Assembly (NCBI RefSeq): GCF_035084215.1
Contig: NC_090368.1
Location: 4,712,001-4,776,000, forward strand
Direction of reading: 5' to 3'
DNA length: 64,000 nt
DNA from: Heptranchias perlo
Lineage: Eukaryota
Below are positions 11,836 to 25,505 of the stretch, in pieces. Both the position numbers and the translations under genes were made by a program. Each line of letters begins with the position of its first letter. The first letter of the stretch is position 1. The notes under the pieces were generated by a model. It saw only the letters and a program-made list of their open reading frames with translations. It was not told the origin of the DNA and did no database searches.

Positions 11836-13432
11836 CTTACAGAACAAATAAAGAAAACACCTAAATTTTGGTGCGTCTATCTATAAACACAAGTCTATAT
11901 ATTGTGTCTGTCCTGTCTGATAGTCCCTCCCACAATTTGTCCCTCAATTAATTATCTGATCAGTCCTTGCTAACCAAGCAACAGTTTGATGCATAACTGG
12001 TCACTTGGTCATTCAATGGTTTCAGGACAATGAGAACTAAGACAGCCCTCATGAGCTGCTGCAGACCGTAATTAAGGTATGATGGGCCAAGATTAGAGCC
12101 ACCAGAACCCAGAGAAAGTCAACCTCCAACAACAGTGGTGGCAGTGGCTCAGGCTCTTCACTGAAGGCCGCTGTCATCTGCAGTGGGGCCAACCTAGACC
12201 GAAATTAAGCTGCTGAAGCAGTACTGACTGCTCCACAGTCCCAGCCTGGATCTTGTCCCCTGCCCTGTCCAGCCTATATGCCTCCAGCCTTCTTCTCACT
12301 ACTTCCTCCTATTCTCAGCCTAGGCCTATATCCTTGCTCAAGCTGCAGTCCCCAGTTTCTCACTCACCCGCTTGTGGTGCAGGGGCCCCATGGATGTGTC
12401 AACACTGGTCTGGAAGACCATTTGGTCCAGAGTAGAGATCCCTCCCAGCCCATGCCCCATCGTGTATGGCCCTGGGCTTTTTTTTTAAAAAAAGGGGAAA
12501 TATACAAATTAGATCAATAAGAAAAGAACATGTGCAAGAGGCAAACATGAGAGATTGCAAGATATACTGAAGGGAGAGCAGACAGGGAAGAAGTGACAAG
12601 CATGTGAGCGCGCACGAGAGAGAGCAGAGACAGACAGAGAGAAAAAAAGATTCCCCCACCCCGTACAAACGATGGGAGACCAACTGATTTTTCCCTCATT
12701 CCATGCTGTATTTTTGTCACCGCTGTTTGACTTCCCAATTTATGTTTCATTTCTCCCTCAGTGATTCCCCCACTCTAACCCTGTTTTAGCTTATCTCCCT
12801 CGCTTCCCACAGTAATTTATTTACGAGTCATCTCCCGAGGAGAGAGTTAAAAGTCTAAGACTGGAAATGACACTACGCACTATTATCTTGCCAACACTTT
12901 ACGCCTTCGTATCGAATTTGTTTATCAGTTATTCGAGCCTGTTGACATGTTAATATTGCAGACCGTCATTTCTACACTGTGAAATTTCATTTAAAAAAGT
13001 GGTTAAAATTTTTTATTTTGGTTCGTTATGTGTGGTTCACTATGTCATTTGATGATTGGCACCAGTAAGGCCAAGGATTCGACTCAGCTACGTGACAAGG
13101 AGTAGGGGCTATGTAACAGATACTCTGACAGCTGATATCATCCAGCGTGATCAATATATTTATGGGTCCCTCAAGACACCTTTTTAAAAATATATACGAG
13201 TGGTGTTACACTCGGGGAGTAAAGATGGGTGAAAGCAGGGTTAAAGGACAGGGAATAATTGGCCAGGACACACAGACGTAACTCAGTCCCCATTTTAAAG
13301 TCATAGATTCTGCTCTTATTTTTATATAATGCTTTAATTTTACATTATTTCTAGGGAAGTAGCTAAATTCCTGGCATCTTGGGAAGCAGAATTGTTTGGA
13401 GCAGAGGAGTTTTTCAGAGAAGCCAGGAGACA

Positions 13433-13703
13433 AGGATTGCCAACTCTGGTTGGATGCATTCCTGAAAGTTTCATCACATGAATATCCGCTTCCAAACACC
13501 CTCCCCAGTCCAACAGCCTTCCCCACCAGCCATCTCCAATATTTTTATAAATAATAAACAGAAGTGTTCAAAGAAAATAGAAAAAACGTACAATTTTGTT
13601 TAATGCCCCAATGATTTTTCTCCTTGGGTTTTTTTTTTGCTCGCAGCAGTGTCCAGGAGATTAATCTTTAATTTAAGGGCAATCCTGGAGGGTTGGCACC
13701 TTA
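13433..13703. mobile_element. Decayed hAT-type MITE
   Basis: Imperfect terminal inverted repeats aggattgccaactct … agggttggcacct. Confidence 0.5.
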
Positions 13704-16034
13704 CGGGAGACTGAAAAACGAGGAGCTACAATACCATCACTGGCAGGTGGGTGTAATTACAGCGTGACAAGTTTACATAGGCAGTTTCCATTATAAAAGT
13801 GGACATAGGAATTTCTAATGGGAAAAAGTTGACACTTGGTGTGACAAACTATGACAAGAGGCAAAGTTTGATACACAGAAAGTGTGCACAGAAGCAAGGT
13901 TTTTAATATATTATAGGTTTGGACCTGCTTGTGGTTAAGATGCAACTCCTAACTTTTTTTTAAAACCTGATGTATTTGCTGCTCAATGGACGGCTGAAGG
14001 TAAACATAGTTCGTAGTTTTGCTGCCAATTGCCACCCTCAGGGTACCATAAAAAAAGTGTAGAAGATCCACAAGGTATTATTGAAAATCTCATGAAAAAA
14101 TATTTTACTTTTGTGCTTGAAAAAAACCCCTCAGAATAGATTTTTTTTTGAAGAATGTTTTTGTGTGCTATTCTAATAAGATTCAATTTTCAGTCCTCTA
14201 TCCTCATATGAAAGTTAATTGCTACCAATGGTTCCCTCGATAACATGAACAAAAATACATTTATCAGAACGGTGCGTGATAGAAAACTATTTAATCCCTA
14301 AAAGAATTCCTTTTGTTGAGCTTCACAATATAATAAATGGGTAGCAAATGTCCACACCTCTCAAAAAGCTAAATTTGGCAAAGTGATGGAAGTGCTTTGA
14401 GCACTTTGTTCTATTGCTCAACTTAGTCTCACATCTGGCGATCTATTTAAAGTTTTTTGCGCCTTGTGTGTGCCAATGGTTACTTTTGTGGTTGCCGATT
14501 AATTGATACTGATTAGCAATACCGTTGACCAATGAAGCGCACGAAGTGAGGGCAGAAGGGGCATTTGTCAGTATTTTAATTACAATAATTGCAACAGCCC
14601 CGAGATCCCTGAGCTCATCACCAACTCCAATGCTCTCCCTGGCTTTTGCCCCAGTCTCAAACCCATGCCTCTACCCCACCAGTATCACCATTTCCTTGTT
14701 CAGCCCCATCCTGGACAATGGTGGCAGCCTCTTGCTCCTGCTCTCCCAAGCACCAAACACTCGGCCCCCCACTCAGCACTGGGCCACCGTTTTAATGTCC
14801 TGCTGGGTGTCAAGAGGCCCAGGACCAGCCTCCCCCACCAATTCTGCAGCCAGCATCCTCACCGAGATGGCCCAGACTGAGTCAATTTCTGGGCCAGAAA
14901 GTCCCTCTATCTGCGGCTTGGCCTGTCCTGTCCCTCATCTCCTGTGTTCAACCTCACTTGGAGTAGGAGCTACACCCACACCAGCAACTCCAGCAACCAG
15001 ACCCAAACTACCTGCAGCACTGGTAAGAGAATCAGGCCAATCCTGAGGATATCAAATCGTAATATAACATTCACAGGACAATGACCAAATATAATTGATT
15101 GTAATGCACAACTGTAACCATAAAAATGACAGAAGAGCCCGTTACTGGGGTCCTCAGGGTAGTGCTAAAATAAACAGTCACATGAATAATCACGTTAATA
15201 ACACTATATAAATATTGAGAGAGACAGCCCACTCCTGTAGCAATAATATAAATACAGTTTTAATATATAAATAGAATATATACTAGTTAATCTCCCATGC
15301 TGTGGCTCACAGACAAAAAGAAAAACATTGATTTCTCCAAATAACTAAATCCCTACTCCTGTCCCTCCAATTCTACGTCTCTCTCTGTCTGTCTTTCACT
15401 CCATGTCTCCCTCATTCTCACCTTCTGCTGGGCTGAGACACTAAGGAAAAGCAAATCCAAGAACTCTGCGAGCTTGGGGCATACTAACCTCAGACTCAGA
15501 TTGGGTCTAATGAAGGAAATTAGATGCACAAATCAAAGCAATTATAAATTGAAATCCTTGGCCTCGGTTTAAAAAGAAAACCCTCAAGATATACATAAAC
15601 TCCAAAGAAATTTAGCAATTTGACAAACAGGCTTGCAGTTTTTGAAGTGCATAAAAATAGGTTTTTAGTCATGAATGGCTTCCGACCTGCCGGCAGAGGC
15701 ACACAATTAATGTAGCAAGTTCCCTACTCAAGCAGGAAAAAATTAAATAAACAATATTTCCGACCATCTGGCAGAGGCTGGCATCAGTACACAAGAAATA
15801 TAGTAAAACTGGTCCCAACGCAAGCAGGCAAATGATAACAAAATAAAAGCATTGCAAGGATGAACAGCTAAAGAGGATGCACAGCAAACAATTCTAAAAT
15901 AAATAACACAGCTTATATTTAATAAATTACAACTCCTGTCGCTCTTCACGCCCCAAACCCAGCCCTACCATATCTTGACCTGATCACTCAGTATATAAAA
16001 TCTATACCTGTCTTATCAGATGTCTTGAGGGAAT

Positions 16035-16530
16035 TACATAGAATGTAGAGCACAGAAACAGGCCATTCAGCCAAACTGGTCTGTGCTGGTGTTTATGCTC
16101 CACACGAGCCTCCTCCTCCTTCCCCTCTTCATCTCACCCTCTCAGCACATCCTTCTAATCCTTTCTCCCTCATGTGTTTATCTAGCTTCCCCTTAAATCC
16201 ATCTATGTTATTCGCTTCTACCACTCCTTGGGATAGCGAGTTCACATTCTAATCACTCTCTGGGTAAAGAAGTTTCTCCTGAATTCCCGATTGGATTTAT
16301 TAGTGACTCTCTTATATTTATGGGCCCCTAGTTTCGGTCTACCCCACAAGGGGAAACATCTTCTCTACGTCCACCCTATCGAACCCTTTCATAACCTTAA
16401 AGACCTCTACCAGGTCACCCCTCAGTCTTCTCTTTTCTAGAGGAAAGAGCCCCAGCCTGTTCAATCTTTCCTGATCATTATAACCTCTCAGTTCTGGTAT
16501 CATCCTTGTGAATCTTTTTTTGCACCTTCT
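16035..16530 (-). mobile_element. CR1-type LINE 3' fragment
   Basis: cacagaaacaggccattcagcc…cactctctgggtaaagaagtttctcctgaattcc; same family at 34560, 42130 and 51150. Confidence 0.8.
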
Positions 16531-19500
16531 CTACAGAGCTAGAGAGTGCCTTTGGGCAGATTGCAGAACCAGAGGCCACTGCCCCTTCAGCTAATCAAGA
16601 TATACTGACCACGGCCCGTCAGACATCTGTTTCTGCCGTGGGATTTCCAGGCTGAGCATCAGAGACTTCACATTTTGGACTTCTTACATCCCAGTTAGAA
16701 ACTGGTATATCCCCAGGCTCGCCGTGAGCAATGCGATGAGACGCAGTAATTAAGAAAGCTGGTATCCGGCACACCTGCAGGGCCATTTTTGTGAGTGCTG
16801 ATCGGTTCAAATGCAGACCATCACAATTTACATGTAACAATCATACTTCATGGACAGTGCTGCTAGAACAATAAGGATGGAGCTTAGACAAAAATGGAGC
16901 CCAGGGAAGGTACTCACAGAAATTTTTTTTTAAATGTACACATAATATGACAACTCCAAAACTCTAACCTCATCACCAAACCTGTTGCACTCACTGGCCA
17001 CCAACCTAGCCTCTGCTAGCCATCCCAACCCAAAGAACCCCTCTGCTCCTAACCTAACCCTCAAAAGCTTTTTTCCAATTCATACCCCACGACACAGCGA
17101 GATCCACCCCAGGCACCAGCTTTCCCAGACAGACCAACCCAGGCCCAGGACTTTCCCGCTCCCACTTGCTAGCCAGCGAGAGGGACCTCGCTCTCTCTGC
17201 TCTAAATCAGACACTACCCAAGCTCTCCGCCACCCCCCACCCCCACCACGTGCTCCTTTCCGTTGCTCCATGCCATGGTTCCCTCCCATTTCCTCCTAGG
17301 CAATCTCTGAGCAACACCACGGGAGATATGCTAGGATATAAAACATATAGCAATGCAATCGCACAATCGAGTAACCCACGACGCCACAGCAATGGCTGGC
17401 TAACTCTCAACTATACAATTTAGCCTCGGAACCACACTCCTTTTAAAATAAACTTCCTTGAGTAATCCAAAAATAGGAAGCTGAACACACTGCAATTGCA
17501 CAAAAAAAACAAGACTTTTCCCAAGTCTACAAAAAGCCTCACAGAAAAAGGTCACCAGTCAGCAACGACTTCTAACCTTCTGGCAAACACTGCAACACTG
17601 GCACCGAGAAGAGGCTACCAGGGACCAAAGACAGGGGAGATTTGACATTCACATGATTTTAACAGACCAAGCAAATCTCTAGCAATGGGCAGGCAGGTTT
17701 TAGATTTCTATTAAAAAGTAGGCATGTCACCATCTAACTAGTCATCAAAAGGGGGAAAACAGAGAGGGGGGAAAAAAAAGTCTAGATGAGGTTCACCATG
17801 CATCGAACATCAGCCACACAGACCGATAAAGTTCTAAATTCAATGCTCAATCTGTGCTGATTCGTTGATCTCAGCCAAAGCTGTGGTACAATTGGCGGCA
17901 GCACCCTCGCGTTGAGAGGGAGGGGAAAAAATGCAAGGGTTCCTACTAGTGATCACTAACAAGTGCGCTCGCATGGGCATTGGGGGAGGACAGGCCATAG
18001 ATGGGTTAGTGATGTCTCCAAATACAGTCGAATAGCAGGCTGAAACTTATCGTAAAGGCTCAGACATGAATAATGGCAACTGCATCTCAGCCAGAGAGGA
18101 GGGAAGAGAAAATAGGTGAGGAAAAGAAAAAGAGTTGCATGTTTTAAAGGGGAATGACATTCCAAGTGAGTTTGCTTACTATGCAACTTAATTTTCTTCC
18201 TGCATACCTTAATGCATTTATTGAAGGGTTAGGAGCATCACTATCCAACTCTCTTTGTTGCATCCTAATGGGTTTAGTGGGGTGGTAGTGTTGGCAGCTC
18301 CTGATATGCAGGTCCTAGCATTGCTCCTGGAAATCCCCCCACAACCGCTGGATTTGATGATGTCGGCTGTCAGGAGGAAAGGGTAGAAACGGATTTTCCA
18401 AGCTGCCTTAGAGAATCTGGCAAGTTCACTTTGAGGCCGTCTCGGCTATGCAAGAGCCACAAATTGGGAGCCACAGGCACTAGTGCCAGTACAAAGAGCG
18501 GCTAAATCAGGGTGGGCAAACAGGTCCTTTGAACCATCCAGTTGACATAGGCCACAGACTCTTTCTAAGCTGATCATCTATATTTTATCAGCAGGAGTAG
18601 CTAGTTTATCAATAATTGAATAGCAAATGAGTTAAGAGAACAATGAAAGGTTATAGCAGGAAATCAATTGCATTTTAACTACTTTTATGTAACATCCTTC
18701 CCCTTTATTGATGTACTATAGTCCTTGTTGGCTTAGTTGGAGAGTGTGAATGAATGTATGCTAATTGGCCTATTGGGTAATGCAGTTTTGTTAATGGTCT
18801 CTTTGAAATGCATTTTCGAAGGGAAAATAGTTCCAGTAATTCGAAGAGTCACATAAAGGACAATAAGTTCATCATCAATAAAGCCAGTACGAGACCAGGC
18901 ATTTACACCACAATGCCAGATAATGAAGGGCTTCAATAGGGTCCGATACACAAGAACCCATTGATGTCCCTCCCCTGTTCTCACAACTCCGACTCATGCT
19001 AGAGTATGATTCTACTGGCATCAAAAGGTTCTTTGGCTTGAAGTGGCCAATCTCCATGCATGAGCCTCGACGACGTTGGTGGGCTATTTGATCCTGGAGG
19101 ACGTCGCAGCCAAGCCCAATCCAGACCTTCCCCCCCTAATGTCCACACACGCACACTTTCCAGATGTCACTGGACAGCTAACCTTTGCTGACTGGATCAA
19201 CAAAAAGCAGGGGTTTTAAACTGGAACCAATATCATCACTGGCAGCAAGCGTGAAGGGAAGGTAAAACCTGGGAAATACGTGAGAGAGTCAGGTCACCAA
19301 ATCCTGAGGCTTTTTGTTTGAATTTTAAACTACAAACAACAAAAGTATTACTGTGGGCGGCACCACATCCCAGTGTGATCCGTCATCTCACAATCAAGGA
19401 ATAAGAGAAAACGTTGCTTATATCCAGATTTTAAAACATCAGGATTTACTATAGTAGTACCTATTATGCTAGGGATAATGAGATTTAATAGCAAGCATGC

Positions 19501-19545
19501 ATGAGATTTCATTCTATAACCTACCTGGTCCATTGCTCCACATAC

Positions 19546-19660
19546 CTGGCACTAAAGTCAAAGGTTTAGTTTGGTATGGGGCTGTTCCCTGACCACCCTG
19601 TACATTGAGCACGATCCCAACCGGATTCTGTACAGATCTCAGGTCTTTCACGGTGAAACC
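19546..19660 (-). CDS. POGZ: POGZ coding exon 4 ([38 protein letters not shown]), ends in phase 1
   Basis: TTCTCCTCAG|GGT…CCA G|GTATGT; 115 nt; resembles human [36 protein letters not shown]. Confidence 0.9.
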
Positions 19661-19909
19661 CTGAGGAGAAGAAACAGAACACAATGTTAATCCTCAAATA
19701 ACCTTAAAAAAAACACTCTTGAATCTGTGTAAAAAAAAAGTTTTACAAAGATTTAAAGGCAATGGTGCTAACAATGCAATAATAAAAATGCATAAAGAAA
19801 AAGCAAGTCCAACAGGAGTTGCTGTCTTTTCAAAGTCTTTACAAAATCTTTTAAAAAGTACTGGTGCCTGTCCCATTGCAATGCTCATGGTCAGTCAGAT
19901 AATACAATA

Positions 19910-20170
19910 ACAACTTGCATTTATACAGTGCCTTTAACGTAGTAAAACGTCCCAAGGCACTTCACAGGGACGATTATCAAACAGAATTTGACACCGAGCC
20001 ACATAAGGAGTTATTAGGACAGGTGACCAAAAGCTTGGTCAAAGAGGTAGGTTTTAAGAACCATCTTAAAAAGAGGTTTAGGGAGGGAATCCCAGAATCC
20101 CAGTATTACCACGATTGGCGGCCGTGCCTTCAGCTCCCTAGAGAGCTGAAGGCACGGCCGCCAATCGTGG
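19910..20170 (-). mobile_element. L2-type LINE 3' tail fragment
   Basis: caacttgcatttatacagtgcctttaacgtagtaaaacgtcccaagg…gaccaaaagcttggtcaaagaggtagg; family repeated many times in the window. Confidence 0.75.
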
Positions 20171-20817
20171 TAATACTGTAAAGTTTGTTGATGTGGTGAG
20201 AGACAGTAAACAGAGTGAAATGATTGGATCCTGGGACACGTGCTTTACACAAGACTTAACATATTAATATCTATATTAAAACTCTTGCACTTTGCATGTA
20301 ATTCCTGCTAATGCCACACTTACTTCCTGTAACACGTTCCCTGATTATGGTCATCAGCACCACTAGAGATCTTCCAGTATATATTTATATTATTCTTCAT
20401 ATTCATTTTTTAAAGCCACTAAATATAGAGTCCTCTTGCCTCAGTCACATCCTGCACGGAGCCCCCTTCGGCTCCGTTCAGGAATTGCAGGAAGAGCTGT
20501 CGACTATGGACCAGTCCAGGAGGCAATCCAGCACCACCCAAGCCCAAGAAACACATCAATGGCTGAGTGTGCACCCTACAGGTAGGGTAGTGTAGCTCAA
20601 ATTCTACCACTGCAAGTTGAGAAACTACATCAATAAATCCGGTAAATTGTAGGCTGGCACTGAAAAATGATTCCTAAAAACACTTCTGGTTCACTAAGAT
20701 CTCGTCATGTAACTGTAGTCCACTATATGGTTGATTCTGAAAGCCACTCAGTCATTAAAAAAAATCACTATGAAGAATAGTATATCATGGGAGCATCACC
20801 ACTGCAAGGACTGCAAT

Positions 20818-20943
20818 TTACCTGAGGAAGGAGGAAGCCTCCAAAAGCTTGTGAATTTAAAATAAAATTGCTGGACTATAACTTGGTGTTGTAAAATTGT
20901 TTACAATTGTCAACCCCAGTCCATCACCGGCATCTCCACATCA
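20818..20943 (+). mobile_element. Penelope-like fragment with a degenerate hammerhead motif, inserted in a SINE-like element
   Basis: cCTGAGGAaggaggaagcctccaAAAgcttgtg…ctataac..ggtgttgt; homologous to 56517-56650. Confidence 0.55.
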
Positions 20944-21556
20944 AGAAGGTTCATCACCACCTTTGCAGGGCAACTAGGGATGGGCAACAAACGTGGCCCT
21001 GCCTGAATCGCCACATCCCGAGAATAAATAAAAATACGCAGATGAATTTAACTTTCCAGGAACTAGCTGACATGGTGCAGAGGCTTAGGAATTGTGTATG
21101 GCAAAAGTCTGCTCTCAACACAGCAGTAAAACCAGCTACTTGGAGGCAGACAAATCCTCCCCAGGGCAACTCTCCCTCCGATTCCTCCCTCCTTCCACTG
21201 GGGAACATTCTGGCTTCCAGCCAACCCCTTCCCAAATCACAGATTCAATTTCAGCCTCGAGAGCCTTGCAAGGCATCTAACCTGTACTGTGCTGGTCCTG
21301 GGAGTGTTTGATGGGACAGTGCAGAGGGAGCTTTACTCTGTACCTAACTCATGCTGTAACTGCCCTGGGAGTGCTTGGTGCCAACAGTGAGTTCCTGACA
21401 TGGGACGAGGTACATTGGTACTCTTTGCTCTGGTGCCATCTTTCAAGTTAACATATTTGTGAAAGATGAACCTTCCTGTCATTAGATACCCCGTTCCCAG
21501 AATTCTCCGTGACAACTGAGGCACTAAAACCTTAAGGCGGCGGCATCTTTTCTTAC

Positions 21557-21738
21557 TTGAGTGGTGATCAAGATGGGCTGCCCCGACACAGTGCTGGTTG
21601 CCCCAGTCTTTGGATCCTGCAGTACTTGCACAGTCGTGGGCTGGTACATTGACGACACGGTCATTTGTGAACCAAGACCAGATGGATTCTGTGCTACAAT
21701 CAAAGGCTGACCGCCTGAATTCATCACAGGAGCACCAG
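21557..21738 (-). CDS. POGZ: POGZ coding exon 3 (AGAPVMNSGGQPLIVAQNPSGLG…SGQPILITTQ)
   Basis: TTTTTCAG|CT…CAA|GTAAGA; 182 nt; resembles human [24 protein letters not shown]…SQPIFITTQ. Confidence 0.92.
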
Positions 21739-23084
21739 CTGAAAAAGAAAGAATGGTTGTGAGCACTGAACTGATGATGAATTAAAAAGCATATTCAAAT
21801 TCTTGTTAACCGATCAAGAGGGAATAACCGATATTTCATATAAAAGTTCAACTTAAATTAACAATGTTAACATAGTATCACTGCTACGTGACAGCTCTGT
21901 TGCAACTCTCCTTTGCTGGTCAGCTTCCCATGAACTTTTATCACATGTCTGAATAGATGGCATCTCTTCGTTGTGGATGTCCTTGCAATTAGCACTGGTA
22001 AATATCAACTATCTAGCATGTTCTTTCCCTTTCTGAAGGCTATTCAACTCTAGGAACCATCCCACTTACATGTCCACAGACCTCAGCATTTTCCATGGGC
22101 ATTTTATTTGTGATACAGACTACTTTCCTACACAATACAATGTCAAATGTTCCAAAACATTGATTAGCGATATTATGGTCTAAAGCTACATTTTTATCTT
22201 TTTTTAAAAAAAACTTTCACAGTTACACAAATAAAAAAACAAAGCATTGCAAAGCCTCTTTGGAGAAGCAATCAGGTTTGCTGCAGTATCCTTGATTAAC
22301 CCTTTTAATCCTAATCTCAAGCTAGGTGTCATCCAACAGCAGAAACTTGCAATTGGCATCTGCAACCCAAGTTAGGGAGGGGAATATCATCAGCCAGGGA
22401 TCCCATTCTAATTGCCATCTAGCAGGTTGTGCTGCACGTACGGACGCAGGACGAGGCCAGTCTCTGCTGTGTTGACCCGCCCATGATGAGGGCTGAAAGT
22501 TAAATATATACGTAATCTGCAACTTAAATCTGACACCCAGACATGACAGAAATAACATGGACATGAGTGAGAGATATAGATAATACATCTGTAATCATGC
22601 AGGGTTTTTAACTTATACAGAACGAGTGTAGGTAATAAATTACTACTGCCATTTGGATTTAACACACCACATGGATTGACGCCTGAACAGCAATGGACTG
22701 AGACCCAATTTATGTTAGAAAGAAATGCGTAACCATCCCAAGGCTGCACACTGGTTTCACTTATGCCAACAAAAGCAATATCGCATTTTAAAATGAGATT
22801 ACAAAGCCACTGCTGTGCAATTCTATTTGGACAGGAGGGATTTTTGTACAGCTATTCACAAAATACAGGTAAGGGAGGCCTTTCAGTCCACTTTAACTGT
22901 CCAAAATGGAGCCTAGCTAACACATATCCCCCTCCCCACACACATACACACACCCCCATCATCACAGTATGCAAGGTTTCTTAAATGACTTCAGGTTTCA
23001 TTGCATGCAAATATTTTTGTAACTTTTTAAAACTCAAATATCTTGTTCCACTGCGAGTACACTGCAGCAGTGAAAGCGAAAGAA

Positions 23085-23457
23085 TTTGCATTTATATGGT
23101 GCTCTTCACAAGCTCTCAGCGTCCCAAAGCACTTCACAGCCAATCAACTACTTTTGAAGTGTAGGCACACAGCCAGGTCCCACAAACAGCAATGAGATTC
23201 ATGACCAGATATATGCTGGGGTTAGTTCAGGGATAAATATTGGCCAGGACACCAAGAGAACTCCCCTACTCTTCTTCAAATACTGCAGTGGGATCTTCTA
23301 TGTCCACTTGGGTCCGGGTTTAATGTTTCATCTGAAAGATAGCAACCCCTCAGCACTGCACTGATGCGTCAGCCTAGATTATAGGTCTAAGTCCCTGGAG
23401 TGGAGTTAAACCCACAACCTTCTGACTTTGAGATGAGAGCACTACCCACTGAGCCAA
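23085..23457 (-). mobile_element. Deu-domain tRNA SINE (SacSINE1-like)
   Basis: Reverse copy of ggctcagtgggtag…gggttcaagtcccactccag…ccaatatttatccct. Confidence 0.75.
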
Positions 23458-23979
23458 GTGCCCCTTCTTTGTACTGAAAGCCTTCAAGAGGGTGCTGGAC
23501 CGGTTCTGGCTGAGGCAGAGATCACATCATAAAGACGACAAGCGTCTTTCTAGAGAATACCTGGCCAATATGATCTCCTGAACTGGTTTCGATCGCCTGA
23601 GGGACTTGGAGAAGAATTTTCACAAGTATTTATTCCCTTATTGGCCCTGTTTTTTTTGCCTCTCCCAGGAGATTACATGGTGGGGGGTGGAGGGAGGTAG
23701 TGTTTTGTCTTGATGCTCCAGTCATCATGGTGTGGGGCAGGCTTGATGGACCAACAGTTCTTTTCCTGGCCATCAACTTCACATGTTCGAAAGCTGCCAT
23801 CTTGCCTGTAGCGGTAGTATCAGCACTGGCCAACTACACAGAAGGTAGGAATCGAAATACACCCCATGTTACATTCCTTTCCTCCTAGTTGAGGGGAATC
23901 GGAGGCAAGTACGCTAAAGTAGGAAACAAACAGTACTGATGAAATCCAGAAAGATTTTGCAAATGATCCCTGAACTTAC

Positions 23980-24078
23980 CATTGTTGTTTGAGGAAAGGA
24001 CTGTCAGCATAGCCTTTTTTCCAGCCTCATTGTTCTGCAGATCACCAATGCTTGCAAGAGCAAATCCAGGCTTAATAC
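23980..24078 (-). CDS. POGZ: POGZ coding exon 2 (GIKPGFALASIGDLQNNEAGKKAMLTVLSSNNN)
   Basis: TTCTCAAG|GT…AAT G|GTAAGT; 99 nt, phase 1-1; resembles human QNSDSTKKTLVTLIANNN. Confidence 0.8.
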
Positions 24079-24644
24079 CTTGAGAAGCAGAGAAAACATG
24101 TACTCTTTCAAAAACTACCAGTCATGATCTCCAGTACACTTTCAAAATGGGATCCACAGACCTCCAGGAGAGCCCTGGCTGTCATTTCTGTGCCCACAAG
24201 ATTAATGTATTTTGTTTGAATTAGTTCTCGATCAACTTTACTCGTAATGAAGTTTCGATCATTAAATCTGTGGCGTGAACACAGATCAACATGGAACAGA
24301 CCGGCATCCATAGAAACAGACACAACCTGCAAATTGACCCAAAGTTGAAACAAAACAAACTGAATCTTTCAATGTACCACTCGGTGATTACAAGGTAATT
24401 TAACACTGCAGTTGAAATGAAATTAATAGTTTTAAACCTTACAAGGTCTGCCGTCGCGGTTTCTTGATTTGATTACTACCTTCCTAACCCTATATACTAT
24501 TTCAATAATCCTGTGTCACCAAATCTTCCATTCCAAATGAAAACCAAGACCAATCCCACTCCACAAAACCACAGACTACTTCCTACAGCCTCAGATTTCA
24601 AACTGGAGTCTGTGACTGGATTCCAGGTAGCTTGCAAAATCATC

Positions 24645-25024
24645 ACGAGCAAATTCTCAACACTACATCTCCAGGAGAATGCAAATATTTGCAGGGGTAC
24701 GCGGAAAAACATTGATAGTTGAAGGGGGCCCCCGGGAGACAACTAGCGTTTTCCAGGAGGCCTTCGAGAGAAAGCCAGTATCTGCAAGGGGTTTGGGGGG
24801 GGGCGAGCTGATACGGGGAGAATGCCAATATCTTCACGGGGTTCTCCATGAGGATGCAAATATTTGCAGGGAGTCCCCGATATAGGGCCAGTATTTAGGA
24901 TGGGGATGTCCTCGGGAGACCGCCAATAGTTGCAGAGAGCCCCTGGGAGAATGTCACTATTTGCCAAGGGCCCTTGAGAATGTGTTATGAGCTGCAAACA
25001 CTGAAAAAAGTTTAAAAACCACTG
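24645..25024. mobile_element. Decayed hAT/Charlie-like MITE with internal ~27-bp subrepeats
   Basis: Ends aaaaagtttaaaaaccactg (reverse of CAGTGGTT…). Subrepeats resemble gggagaatgccaatatttgcagggg. Confidence 0.5.
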
Positions 25025-25505
25025 ACCGACAACTGGACAGAGCATCCCACATACTAAATGAACATATTTTCCCACCAATGTTGAAGTCAAATATATTCTT
25101 ATACAATTCCCAAACATTAGCCAGCACTGGCTGTTGAGGGGGGAGAATAGAGAATCTCAGTCCTAGGCTGAGCAGTCATCCCGGAGAGAGAAAAAGGGAA
25201 TTGTTTGCGGGTATAGTTATCAGGCACACTCTGGAACCTCACCCAAATGGCCAATCTTCATGTGTGAGCTTAAAGACAGTGACTGGCATGAGGCTACTTC
25301 ACCACTGTGGAGGGGCAACAACTGATCCCATCCACATGCACTTTCTAGCAGGGGGACACATAGTAATCAGGAGTGGGGACCAGAGCTCCTCTCCATAGGG
25401 TATGAGCACTGAAGCTATTTGTAGCTCTGCTATCATCGCCCCAATTCAGATCAGCTGATGCAACATGGATCAGTAATCAAACCAATGGCATTTTAAAAAA
25501 ATTAC

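Larger units (their letters stand above)
1..12720. repeat. Tandem segmental array of ~1.7-2.6 kb units (exon plus spacer), at least 6 copies
   Basis: Block ttgaacactatgctgaaccccttac..cacctaa..ttggtg occurs near 750, 2490, 4785, 6950, 9535 and 11815. Spacer motifs (catttccagacatctgattgg; gttagcaacaccatggagatcaac) are shared, with the last spacer fading near 12700. Confidence 0.9.

Noticed and set aside
14525-15046. 173-aa plus-strand ORF
   Set aside because: TTG start, no recognisable homology, antisense to POGZ.
22418-22492. Acceptor-like TTTAACTTTCAG with CpG-rich sequence in a POGZ intron
   Set aside because: Stop after about 24 codons and no clear donor; cannot be supported as an exon.
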